Positions 42,069 to 54,121 of a stretch of DNA of 64,000 bases are shown here, piece by piece. The notes beneath the pieces were generated by a model, which had not been told where the DNA came from, made no database searches, and was given only the letters and a program-made list of their open reading frames with translations. The position numbers were made by a program, and so were the translations under genes. How positions within the stretch are numbered: the stretch's first letter is position 1; each line of letters starts with the position of its first letter. The stretch lies in contig JAYWIR010000024.1 in assembly GCA_036172245.1 (NCBI GenBank), positions 2,232,001 to 2,296,000 of the forward strand, read 5' to 3'. The stretch comes from Raillietiella orientalis (taxonomy: Eukaryota).

Positions 42069-45000
42069 TCATTGCGAGAAGCAGCAAGAGCATGTAGCAT
42101 TCCTGCACCCCGGTGCTCTCTGGAATTCGCTTTCTAGGATCTCCCACTCGCGATGGGTGCTCTCAATGGCTGCCCGCAGGTCCTCGTAAACGCTCCGGAG
42201 AGTGTCCTTGTGCTGCTGCATCTCTGGACCTGTCGCGCCACCCCGTGCCAGGGCGTACTCCACCCTCCGTAGGTCGATGAGGATGCCCTCGATCCCGCGA
42301 GCGTCCCGGTTCCGGTAGGAGAGGGTGCCCACCAAGACGGGTCGCTGCTTACGGTAGCTATCGGGGGAGATCCAGTGGCGCTCGAGTAGCTCCGCCAGGA
42401 GGGCGTGCGCCCGCCGGTACACGACGAAGGAATCCTCCATGGTGCCGTACGTCGTCGGGGCGCACTCGGACGCGGAGGCGATCCGCAGGATTCTCAGGAG
42501 GTACTTGCCGTAAAGCTTCTCTAGCTGCTGGCGGTCGTGCGCGTCCTTCAGAAGCATCACCGGCACCCCTCTGCCTGCCAGATAGCGGAACATCTCCAGA
42601 ACGTCCTTCCGCAGGCGGCCGACCAGCAGATTCGACTCTCCGATGACGCCCTCCTGCACGAGGTTATGGTAGGCGTGCGTCACCACCATCGCGCGGCCGA
42701 CCAGCCGCAAATAGTCCAGGCGCTCCATGGGCAGGCGGCGCGACATCCTGGGGGCAGCGAGGGGGTGATGGTGGCGACCGCGAGAACTGGAGCGACCCGT
42801 TCGCGTCCCACCCCGCAAGGACTCCGGCGCGGCTTCCGCGGCGAGTTCGAGGAGCGTGGCGAAGGAGGACTCAGCGCCGAGGGCGGAGAGCTGACCTCTT
42901 TCTCGAACGTTCCTGCTCCCTTCCTTGCCCGAAGCTCCTACCCCCTCTGCGATCGATCACCAACCTGTAGACGTCGTACACCGTCACTCCCGGCGGTGGC
43001 GCAGGGTGCGTTGCGGCGCCTCCGCCCGGCGCTGTCATCATCTCGGCGAAGCAAGTGGACGGAGGCGATAGGGGGTCATCCCCTGCGCTTCCCAGACATC
43101 CTCTCGAGAGCTCCTGACGCATGGCGGGACAACCGTGCGCCAGGAGCGCCTTTTTGACCTTTTCGATTTTCATGCCCAGCACCGCCTGCATACGGATTTC
43201 CTCCTGGATGAAGGTCAGGGGACCGTCCGGGAACAGCAGCGCCTCCAGCGACCGGAGTGTGGAGAGACACTCCTTAAGTCTGCATGCATCCCACCCTTGC
43301 AGCTCGGCGACGCTGACCGTGAGGCGCACCGCCGCCGGCGGCGCCTTCCTCCACACCTCCATCACCACGCAGCACAGTCCGTACATCTCTGCGTGGACCG
43401 GGTACACCAGGCACTCCTTCACCAGGGAGAAAAAGCTGCGGTCCAGCAATTGGCACGTCCCCATGTAGTCGAAGATGCGGACGCGCTCCTTCCCCAGGCG
43501 GCTCCACTCCCGCAGGAGATCACACTGAGTGCAAAGGTACTCCTCCGGGGGCACAGGCAGGTAGACGACCCTGCTCGTCCTGTGGTCCAGGATCTTCATG
43601 GCGAATCTGGAGCGAGGGGGCGTTGAATCGAGGAGGAAGAGAAGAAGGGGGAGGAAGAGGAGGAGAAGAGGGGGAGGGAAAAAGAAGGGGAAGACTTACA
43701 GGAACAGGTCTTCGTCGGTTGCCAGGATGCGCCAATGCTCCAGCGTCAGGAGGATGCCGAAGAGGTCCAAGATGAAGCACAGCTTCTCCGTGGCCAGACC
43801 GTACACTCGAAACTGCTTCTGCAGCTCCCTCCGGAACAGCTCCCTGTGGCCCTCGTTCCAGGTGCTGCAGTTATGCGGGATGCACAGCTTCCCGATGAGG
43901 GTCTGCTCGATGGCCGGGACGAACAGGGAGACGACCCTTTTGCGGATTTCGAGCTTCGACGCGTCCGCGTGCAGGCACAGGAAGCGAAGCAGGTCCAGTA
44001 GCAGCTTCCGCACGTAGTCCAGCCGGTGTAGCCTGCAGTTTCCGCTCTCTTGAACCACCTTCTTGACGGCGTCCAGGGTACTTCTCTCCGTGCTCAGGGA
44101 CGTCTCCCAGAACGGTGTGAGCTTGCTGATGGCGCCCAGGATGTTCAGGTTGATCAGCTTGGGAGGAAGGCGGAAAAGGGCGGTCGCTGCCCGGGAGAAG
44201 AGCCAAGGGGGTGGGGGTGGGGGTCATAGAGGAGGAGAAACGTTGGCACCACGAGCCTGTGAGCTTCCATCCCCCTGCCCTTCCCTCCTCGGAGATACAC
44301 CGGCCACCACTGATGGAGGATCACCCTCCTCCTGGCGTAATGGAGATCTCAATGGCGCCGAATATCGCTGGTTTTTTTTTCTTTTCCTATCTTCGCCCAC
44401 GCTCCACCCCCCACCGGCGCTTCCGCTCCTGGCTGCAGGCTCCCCCTTCCTCCCGCAGCTTTTTCACCTCCCTCTTCTTCTGGCTCCAGACTCAGCGTCT
44501 CCCTCTCAAGGCTCCCCTCGTTGCGGCCCACCTCTCCGCCCCCCGGAAGTCCAGCTGTCTGTGCCTCTCACGAGATCCTCCCTCTCTCCGGCAGCCTCTC
44601 CCCCTTCCGCCCAGCCTTGTTCGACTTTGCCACGCCCTCTGCGTCTTTCCATCCACCCTGCTTACACCGACGGTCGCCCGGGCCGCCGACCGCGCTCCGG
44701 TCTCCCTGGAAGCGAAGAGGACGGGAAGGAGGGGGTTGCATTCCTCCTTCCCTTCCTGCGCGGCACAGGGATCACTCCAGAGGTCCTCGTTCCACCCTCT
44801 GGAGAGGCGCTCGCTCTCACATGCGCTTGCTTGGTGGAACGAGCGGTTTCCCTCCCTGCCCCTGAAAGCGGGCACCCACTCAGGGGTCCGTCCTCTCCCC
44901 CCCTTCCCTCCTTCTGACTACCCCTGCCAAGTGGAACCGTTTCCGTTCTCTTGTCCGTCCATTCCCGTCTAGTAAGGGGGGGGGGGGCGGGGTTCGTGGG

Positions 45001-45759
45001 GATGGGGGCGGATACCCTGGAGTGCACCCTTCCCTCTCCCGCGTGACCATCAGAGGAAGCATCGGCTCCCTAGGTTCCTCCGTGTCCTCCCTCCCATTAC
45101 CAGGAGAACTTTCCCCCCCATCCCTTGTCAACGCGAGCAGTGGGCGCTTGGCGGCAGCGAGTCGGCGTGGACGTCGGCACCAGCCCGTTTAAAAGGAGCT
45201 ATCCCCGGGATGAGGGGGACCGCTGCAGATCCAAGAAGGGCCACCCCCATGAGAGCGCCGATGCGCGAGCGGCGCCCAAGCGCGGATGGAACGGGAAGAC
45301 AACGTAGGGGGGCTTGGGTCGCGCGCGGGTAGTCACCTGGAACTCCCCGTCGTACAGCTGGTCGTACTTTTCCACGCAGAGGAGCGCCTCCTTCCTCTGG
45401 CACAGCTGCTCCCGGACGTACCGGAAGACCTCTCCCTTGAATTGGAAGTGCATCTCGGGGCGTACGGGGATGAAACCTTCAAGCCGCAGACGCTCCATCC
45501 TCTGCGTGACGAACTCCTGGACCTCCTGGATGCAGCCGTCGCACGGACCGAAGAGCCCCCACGCCACCAGCGCCTCCCGCAGCTCCACGGCCCAGCCGAT
45601 CAGCCTGACCTCCCGGAAGAAGTCGTTGAGCACCGGCCGCGACTGGCCGTCCCGCGTGCACGCGACCAGCCTGGCCAGCTTGGTGATCTGCTCGTCCTCG
45701 ACCGCGAGGTCGACCCCGGGGCAGCACCCGTCGCACGGGTCAGCGATCGGGTAGTCCAT
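42069..45759 (-). CDS. Uncharacterised 733-aa protein, 4 exons, family not recognised
   Basis: Exons 45759-45337 (423 nt), 44157-43700 (458), 43606-42965 (642) and 42747-42069 (679) total 2202 nt. GT-AG introns with pyrimidine tracts and matching phases (0,2,2) join four separate long ORFs from the track into one stop-free frame. Third codon positions look G/C-biased and the Leu-rich composition is protein-like. Confidence 0.8.
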
Positions 45760-46813
45760 CCCGGAAGGTAAGGGAGAGGACGAGGAGAAAAGGAGGAAGA
45801 GGTGCCCTGCGGCGGCGTTAGAGAGGTCCCTGGAAAGGGTGCCCGCGGGGGAGGAGAAGGAGGAGGTCACGCCCTACCTGTTGTGTATGTGCTCTCAGGG
45901 GAGCGCGCCGCAACCCGGCTACTGCTTCTTGGGAAGAGGGCGCAGGAGGGAAAGGCGCATCTCGCTTTGCTCTGCTCGAGGAACAGGGGATTTCACTTGG
46001 CAGGCAACAATCAGCCGGTTGCCCAGGAAACCGCTCCTTTCCCGTGCGGGCATGCGGTGCGCCGCTGCTTCCCGCCGCGCCTGGGCTTCCCACCGGCCCT
46101 CGGCCGGGAGGCGATGCTGCGAGAGGAGCGAGCTCCACGCCACCCCCCTCCGGAAGGGAGAGGGTCCTTCTTTCCCTCCCGCCTTCATCTCCCGTCCTTA
46201 CCATTCACGCAGAACCTGGCGCGAGTGGCTGGAGAGTCGGGGGAAGGGGGATTCCCGGCATCTCTTTCGGAGCTTCCCAACCGGGTGGAACGCGCGCAAA
46301 CACCTCCAACCCACTCCTTTCCCATTCCATCCCCTCTGTAGCCTCCACCCCCTCCTCTCCTTCAAGGAAGTCGTCATCATCATCGTCAACCACGCGCGCA
46401 CCTTTTCACGCGAGTACTGAGGACCGCGTTCCTTTCCCGGCGGTTCCCGTCTCTCACCCCTTTCCCGAACTTTGAAGCTCTGGGGAAAATGACCGACCCC
46501 CTTTCCTCCCAGCAGCTGGTCTGGAGGATTTGTCCGGCTCAGTCCGAACGCGCCCTCTCCCTCCAGCTGCTCGCCTTCTGCCTCTTCAGCTGCCTACCCG
46601 GAGTCCCTTCCCCTTTCCTGGAGATGGAGGGAAAGGACTGATCGTCCGGGGAGACCTCCCTTCTTCCCATCCCCCCGTTTCCCTCGAAATAAATGGAAGG
46701 GCGAAGCCGGGGAGGCAAAACGCTGTTTCGGTAAATCCCGCCTCCTGCTGCTACTGCTGTCTCCACCGCCGCCGCCGCTCCTTTGCCGCGGCCTCCAGAG
46801 CCGGTAGGGTCGC

Positions 46814-49800
46814 CTAGCAACGGTTCTGCGCGTAGTCAATGCAGAAGCCGGCGCGGTTCTCGCCGGCCACCTCCATGGCGTCCGTGATGAAACGGAACTC
46901 GTAGGGCCGCTTGTTGGCTGGAGAGGGAGGGAAGGAAGGGCAGACAAAACGCACGGCTTGTCAGACGGGCGTGGGGAAGTTGTCCTCCCCGCCACCCTCA
47001 TCCATCCATCCACCGGACCGCCAACTTTCCCTCCGGAAAGGGAGAGAGAGGGGTGGGGGCGGAAGCACTTACTGCAGACGGGGTTGGGGACGGCGTTCTG
47101 GGCCCTCATGACGTTCTGCAGCGTCCCTCCGCAGAACCTCTCGGCTGCGCACGGGCCGTCTTCCATCGCCATGGGGGAGCCGCACAGGATGGTCAGGAAG
47201 TCCGCCATGCAGTTCATGGCGTTGTTGACCACGGTGCCACCGTTGTTGAGGGCGTTGGGGTTCAAGCCGCTCACGGAGAAGCCGTCGGGCGGCGCCACGC
47301 ACTGGGTCAGGCAGACGGAGCAGAACCCCGCGTCCGACCTCACGCAGATCACGTAGTTCTGGTTGGCCAGGTGGATCTTGGGGTTTCCATCCCAGTTGAA
47401 GGACTGGAACCTCCCGGAGACTCCGGAGAAGTACTGGAGGCAGCCGGGAGGGGCTGGAAGAAAACGGGAAATGATTCACCCGGGACACGAGCTCATCCCA
47501 TCTTTCCTCGCGCGCGGTCGGACCCGGGAGGGGAGGAACTAGTCCCCGAGGTGGACAGAGGGGGGTGGCATCCTCCGCCCTGCCTCTTCCCTCAATCCCC
47601 AGTGCCCTTCGCATCGTCGCAGGGAGGGCGCTCGGCGCCTGCGAGATGTCCTGCAACGTGCCTTCCGGGAAGGTCCTCCGCGTCCCCCCTTCCCCTTCCT
47701 GGAGGTCCTCTCACCTGAGTGCAGGGTTCCCACGGCATTCTGTGACACCAGGATGTCCCACCTCCTGTTGACGCCCGCAGCGGCAGGCCCTTGTATCTCG
47801 AACTTCAGGACGATGGCCGAGTCCCCTTGCGCTCCCACCTTTACATACACTGGAAGAAAGGGAGGAGGAATGGCGTGCAGTGACGCAGGACGCACTCCTT
47901 CTTGCCTCCCCTTCCTGCTCCTCGTCTCCCTCACGGTGTTTTCGAGCCTTCCTCGTTCCAGAGACACGGGAAGGGTGGCGAGAGGGCACGCCCTGAAGCC
48001 ACCCCGGGACGGAGGATGAGGTGCCCTCGGAGACCCTCCCGATCCCCACCGGAGGGGGGAGTCACTGGTGGGGGCGGATACCCTCTTGACTTTGCTCTCC
48101 TCCCCCCTCTTTTCTTGTTGTCGCTTTCCAAGATGGCGGCACATCGTTGATTCCCGAGATACTTCCCGGAGAAGGGAAAGAAGCGCGGATGGGGACTGCT
48201 TACCGGTCTCTCCAGAGAAAGAATCCATGACCCCTTCCCGGAGAGATCTTTTCCCCAAAGCCCGAAAGAGGGAGCGTGCACCGCCTACCCCTACCCGGAG
48301 GTCCCCCCTCGTCCCTCACGGCCGGAACGGAGCGCTGAAGAAGGCGAGGGCGTCGCCGGTCCCTTCCTGCCCCGGAGTCGCGGACTGAGGTCGAGGACAG
48401 GCTGCTGACAGGTCCTCTTTCCTCTTTCGAGGGGGCTCTCCTGCAGACGAAAGCGCCTGCACGAGCGAGGAGGGCGAAGTACGCGCGCGCGCCACTTTTG
48501 CAGAAGCAGCGGTAGAGCTTGGCATTTTTGTTTTCCTGCTTCCTCTTCCTCCTCTTCCGCATTCCCAGCTCGTGCACGGGCTGCCTTCCAGAGCTTTCGT
48601 GGGCCGGCCCGGATCAGAAAGAAGGGCTTCCCTCCCCCCCTTTCCTCCACCCCTGCGAGAGCGCAGGAGTCCGAGCACTCACTGTGCTGGTTCGTGTTGG
48701 ATCCGCAGACGGTGGGCGGCTGCGGCGCTGCGTTGGTGAACACGAAGAACCGATCGCTGTCGCAGGTGGTCTGCATGCTGGGGCCGTTGATGCTGAACGT
48801 CCGGAAGAGGAGCCTGGAGGAAGAAAGAAAAGGGGAAATGGAGCAGAGAAGGGGAGAAACGCGCAGCGGGGATGTGCTCCGCCATCCACCCGGGGACGCG
48901 GATAGCGCGAAACCCGCACCCCGCGTGGCGATCTTCGGCACGATCGCCGTCCTCCTGGAAACCGAATAGGAAGGAAGGGCCGAAGAGTAGGGGGATGAGA
49001 CTGTGCGCTGAGCATTTCCGGGAGCAGTCGATTCCCGAGACGACTGAGAAGAGGCGAGTCGCCTGGCTGAACCTCGCACTTCCCCTCCTTCCCTTCCTCC
49101 TTCCCGGTGGAGGACGCAGTTTGTTACTCACCTCATCTGGGAGATCCTCTCGCTGACCTTGAACACGGTCAATTGGTACGTCCCTCCCTCGACGCCCCCC
49201 TGATTCTGATCGGGGCTCAGGAATAGGGTGTTGTTGAACATGGACTGCGAACTCCTCCCGGTTCGGATGACTGGAAGAGACGGAATGTCGGTCCACCCGG
49301 GTTGCGACGGGGGCCATCAGGAAGGGAGGCTGGGACGAAATGGATAGGAGCGGATCAAAGTTTGACTGGCCATGTTAGTGGCGCGAGGGGTGATGCTCGC
49401 CACGGCGACGGTGGGGATGGCAAGGCGAACGAAGAGCAACCGTTCGTGACGACGGCGCGGGATGGATGGTGGTGGATGCGGCGGCACTGGTGGAAAAGGT
49501 CGTCATCAAGGTTCATGATGATGCAGAATAACGGGCAAATGTAAGGAGAGGACGTGGTGGTCGTGAAGCGTTGATCTCGCAGTGCAGTAGCGGTCGAAAG
49601 CGCTCCCGCGATAATGTGACGGTGGAGCCAAGTGATGCCGGTGGTAACAGGTAGGTAGGTGATTACGGCTCGCGAATGGCGGGAGACGACGACGATGGTG
49701 CGGGAGCTCGTGGCGCACGAAAGTAATGGCACGGTGGCTGCAGGCGAAGGCAGTGAGACGCGCAATGACAACGGCCACCATGGTGGTAGCAGTGGTAATG

Positions 49801-50887
49801 GTGTTTGGGAGAAGGGGCAGATGGCGGGAGCGTCAGTTCCAATAACCCAGGCAAGAAGTGGCCTACTTATGCAGCAAACTCCGAATCCCATGGCGCACGA
49901 TCCCCTCGGACTTCCTCCTATAGCTATGCACCTCTTCTGGATGAAGCACGTCCCGACGAAGCTCTGGTCGGCACAGGGTGACTGCTCGAACCTCACGATG
50001 GCCACTGCAATGAAGGAAGAGGGAAGGGAAAAGAACGCAGGTCAAGAATAGCAAGGGCTTCTTTTTGTCCCAAACTGCAGGCCCGCCCTCAACCACCTCT
50101 GAAGCCCTTATCTGGGGTGGGAAGGAGGAGGAGAAGAGGTCTCGGTGCCGTCGGAGAGCCGGAGGCGGGATCAAAAGACGCCTCGTCGGATCTGTCCGTC
50201 CCCACGAGGACCGTACGAATCGCCGAGAGACACCTCGCGGTCCTCCTCGTGTTGTCTTTTTGTTCGTCCCATCTATCCATCACCCTCTCTCTCTCTCTTC
50301 CTTCTCTTCATAGAACGCAGGAGACCAAGTTACTGCCAGGCACGAGCAAGTGTCCACCAGTTCGCGCTGGGCACGTGGCTATTCCGGGCTTCTGAAAGAA
50401 GGTCAAGAGAACATGGGCAACTCTAACGGATCTCGGTTATCAGGAAACGTACCCTCGCATCCGCTCCGCGGAAAGGAGTGCGGAAGACAGACGCCCACCC
50501 GCAGGGGCATTGAGGTCGAGGAGCGCATGGTCTCCTGAGTAGCCGGGGCGTGCTCACTGCTGCATTCCCTTCCGTCTCCCTCCCATGGAGACCGCGGTCT
50601 CCTCCTCCGTCCACCACTCAGACCACTTCCCCTCTTCTCGGCCGCTCTTCGTTCCCGGCATGACGTCTTCGGCGATCACAGGGCGGATCTGCCCCCTTCC
50701 GCAAACACGCACATGCACCCTGCGACCGCTTACCTTGACGTGGTGCTCTCCAGTGGGCCCTTGAGGTTTCGTTCGCCCCGGGATTCGATAAGGAGCCCCA
50801 GAGCACCAACGAAGAAGCAGCCGTCGCCGTGGAAGCGGCGATAAGAAGCCTCACCAGCGCTGTGTGAGGGACCCTCTGGCACCTCAT
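46814..50887 (-). CDS. Secreted CUB-domain protein of the arthropod-expanded type (paralogue A), 7 exons, ~393 aa
   Basis: Exons 50887-50734, 50004-49867, 49270-49132, 48813-48683, 47849-47715, 47453-47073 and 46917-46814 (1182 nt, in frame). Hydrophobic N-terminus, then IVRFEQSPC..GTCFIQKRC..GSCAMGFGVCC, PTVCGSNTNQHMY, APPGCLQYFSGVSGRFQSFN, HLANQNYVICVR, RFCGG, GFCIDYAQNRC*. Confidence 0.88.
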
Positions 50888-51370
50888 CGTCTCCGGCGCC
50901 TCTCCGCACCTCAGTAGAAATGGCTGCTGGTCGCAAGTGCGCTGCGGCTCCTACTCGCCGGCGGAGGGGGCTGGGCGGCCGCCGCGACCTCTTCTGGCCT
51001 GCTCTGGCCCAGAGCGCGCGCCGTTAATGATTGGAGCTTCGTATGACGCGACAGGCGCGCAGGCCTGCCACATGGAAGACGTATTTATTCCTCCCACCTC
51101 CTCCTCCCTTCTCATTTCGCCTCTTTCTGCCCCTTCTCTCCTCGCTCTTCGTGCAGCAAGCCCGACGAGGGCGGAGGCGACCCTATTCGCCCTTCAGAGG
51201 GAGGAGGAACCAACTCTCACCCTTCCCTGGGTTCACCATCCTGGTCGCTTTGCCTTCCCATCGAGACCCCCCCCTACGTTAGTGAGTCTCCCGTTTCGGC
51301 GAGGAGGGCAGGGGAGCTGGGGAGAAGAGAAGAAGGGAGGATAGGAGGATGGAAGGTGGACGGGCAGAAA

Positions 51371-51393
51371 AGGAGGAGGAGGAGGAGGAGGAG
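51371..51393 (+). repeat. (AGG)n microsatellite between the two CUB genes
   Basis: About seven tandem AGG units. Confidence 0.8.
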
Positions 51394-52183
51394 AAGGGAG
51401 ATGAAGGCTGAGGCCACGGGTCAGTACGGTCCGTTGCCATGCCGTCCATCTCGCCGAGAAGACCACGAGCAGGGCGTCCCACGACAGTTTGTCCTGTCCG
51501 CCTCGCTCCCTTCTTCCTGCTGGTCCGCCACCTCCTGAAATCGCTTGCCCATCCCTTCTGAGACGAAACGGGAGTCCTTTTCCAAATTCCCCTTAGGTAG
51601 ACATCGGGATGGGCGACGGAGTGCTGTCAGGCTCCCTAGGGATTCAGAAAGATCACGGCGAGGGAGTTCTCCTCACCCGACGTTCCCCCCGTCCTGGAAG
51701 GCATTCCTTCTCCTCTCTGCATGAGGGATGCGGACGAGAAAGGATGGTGGCTTTCACGGTAGTGGAAGAAGGGCAGACTGGGGACAATGGCAGGAGGAAG
51801 AAGAAAGGAGGAAGAGGCTGCTCCGAAAGGGTCATCAATGGAAGAGGGGCGGGTGTCTTGGCACCATACGGAAGGGACTCCCTGAAGACGATCGGGAAAA
51901 AACTTCCCTCCTCCTCCTCCTTCTGCTTCTTCTGCCTGCTCTCCCTCTCCTTACGAACGTGCACTCACTCGCTGTCTTTCCCAAAAAGCTAGAACGTTCC
52001 GGGGATCCGTCGGGGGTGCAGCAGCAGCTGCACGCTGCAGCATCACTCCCTTTTTATTCTTGCGCAGCCCACCGTCATCATTGGGCCCTTGCGCCGCCAC
52101 CGACGACTGATCTAGACGCTGCTGCCGCCGCTCCTCCTTCTCTTCTGGAGCCGCCGCCGCGACTGGAGGTTCCGTCGTCGTCC

Positions 52184-54121
52184 TCAGCACTCCAGCTGCC
52201 GATACTGCACGCAGAAGCCGGCCGTGTTGGTGTCGGTGGGGCCCTCTGTCGCATCGGTCACGAATAGGAAGCGAAAGGGCACCTCTGCCGCTGCAGAGAG
52301 AAGGGGTGTAAATTTAAGGCTCCGGTGGGGTGAAGGGGATGAAGGTAAGGGAGGGAGGAGGTCAACAAGCTCTCTGACCTGGCCTCCCTCTGGGGAAGGG
52401 TGAACTTACTGCAGACGCGGCTCGGTATGTTGTTCCCCACAGCCCCCATGAAGGGCTGGAGCGTGCCCCCGCAAAGTCTTCCCGCCCTGCATCGGTTTCC
52501 AACGGAGATGGAGCAGGGGATGCCCAGGAAGTCCAGCAAGCAGTTGTTGGGCTGCGCCCCGTTGTTGACGCCGTTCTGGTTGGTGCCGCTTATCGAGAAG
52601 CCCCCAGGGGGCGCCTCGCACTGGGTCAGGCAGATTGAGCAGAACCCTAGCTGCTGCCGCACGCAGATCGAGTACTGCTGGCTGGCCAGGTGGCGTCCCG
52701 CTCCACCGGGGCGCCAGTTGAACGAAGAGAAGGACCCCGTCACCTGCGTGAAGTACTGAAGGCAGCCCTGCGGTGCTGGAAGGTCGAAGGGAGGGAGAGT
52801 AGACGGAACGGGGGTTCGCGTACACCTCTTCGCTCCCGCCCAGTCCCCCTCCGGGAGAGGGCGACAGGAGGGGTAGGAAGGGCAGGGGACTGACTCCCCG
52901 GGTCCGACCTACCCCATTCAACCCTCTCGTGCAAAGGCACTCTGGAGCCGGGATCGGGACGGGGGTGAGTTGCGGCTCGAACGCCGAGATTTACCAGAGT
53001 AGTCGACGTTCGTGGGGATCTGCGAGACCAAGACTCTCCAGGTCCTCGTGACCCCCACCTGCGGCGGCCCCATCAGGATGAACTGCAGGACCACGGAGTC
53101 GGAGAAAGGACCTTCGCTGACGTAAACTGCAAAGACGCACGCGAGGTCAGAGGTACTCTGTGACGCGCATCTCCCTCCCGTCCGTCTTGGAGTCAGTCCG
53201 CAGACTGCGCTCGTTCGCCCAGTGCTGCGCGAGACTTAACTGTGCTGCCCGGGGTTCATCCCGCAGATGATGGGCACAGGACTCCCGTTGTCCGTGGATA
53301 CTAGAGTGAAGGAGTCTGTGTTGCACACCGAGTTCATGTTCGGACCGTTGATGTCGAATGCGGAGAACAGCAGCCTGGAAGAACACGGTCTGCCCGCGTC
53401 GCAAAAACGGACCGAGAGGGGACAAGAAAAGGAGGAAGAGAACCGAGAACGACCCCCTTCCCCCTCCCGAGGTGCAGCAAGACGGCGTGCCTCGCGCCCC
53501 TAGTTCCCGAGGGCGTGCGCCCGTGGAGGGATCGGCTGCGGTGCCCCTTGCTCCGAGAGACGGCAGCCGGCAAAGAGGAATGGAGGACCAGTGGCAGGGA
53601 AATGTCCACGCGGCCCGCCCTGGCAGCAGCTCCTCGGCCTGAGGTGGCCTAACGGTTCCTCAGTCCCGTTCCTCCTCCTCCTCCTTCCCCCCACCGCTCA
53701 GCGGGAAGCGGAGTCTCTTCCGCCGAATCACCGGCAGCCGCCACAGAGGCGCCGGGGAGAGCCGAGAAAGACCTTCGACCTGAACTGAGTGATGCTCGCA
53801 TCTTTCTTAAGGGCTCGGTAGCGGCAACTTCCTGAACCCTGGAAGGTGGGCGTGGGATTGTCGAAGTAGGTGTTGTTGAACGCTGAGCTGGACCCGCACG
53901 TGGTCCTCACCACTGGAAGGAGAAATTACGGAAAAAGGGAGATGGGGAACACTGCAAGGGCAGGAGGGGATACGCACCGATGCAGCAGATTCCGAACCCT
54001 AGCGCGCACACGACGCTGTGGCTGCCCCCGGCGGAGTTGCATTCCGCGTTGGTCACGCACGTCCCGTTGAGGGTGCCGTCGAAACAGAGACTGTTGACGA
54101 ACCTGACCACGGACAGGAAGG
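52184..54121 (-). CDS. Secreted CUB-domain protein (paralogue B), exons 2-7; first exon uncertain (~54540-54413)
   Basis: Exons 54121-53978, 53912-53780, 53374-53241, 53126-52995, 52775-52410 and 52290-52184 have the same intron positions and phases as paralogue A. Motifs: FLSVVRFVNSLC..NGTCVTNAEC..CALGFGICCI, PIICGMNPGQHIY, APQGCLQYFTQVTGSFSSFN, HLASQQYSICVR, RLCGG, GFCVQYRQLEC*. Confidence 0.86.

Noticed and set aside
44063..44972. Long + strand ORFs (284 aa, 253 aa) and many other overlapping ORFs across 40-56 kb
   Set aside because: Low-complexity Pro/Ser/Arg translations expected by chance in GC-rich DNA; they are antisense to or within introns of the real genes.
42069..45870. Four tandem same-strand ORFs read as an operon or viral gene cassette
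   Set aside because: They are joined by canonical phase-compatible introns into a single eukaryotic gene.
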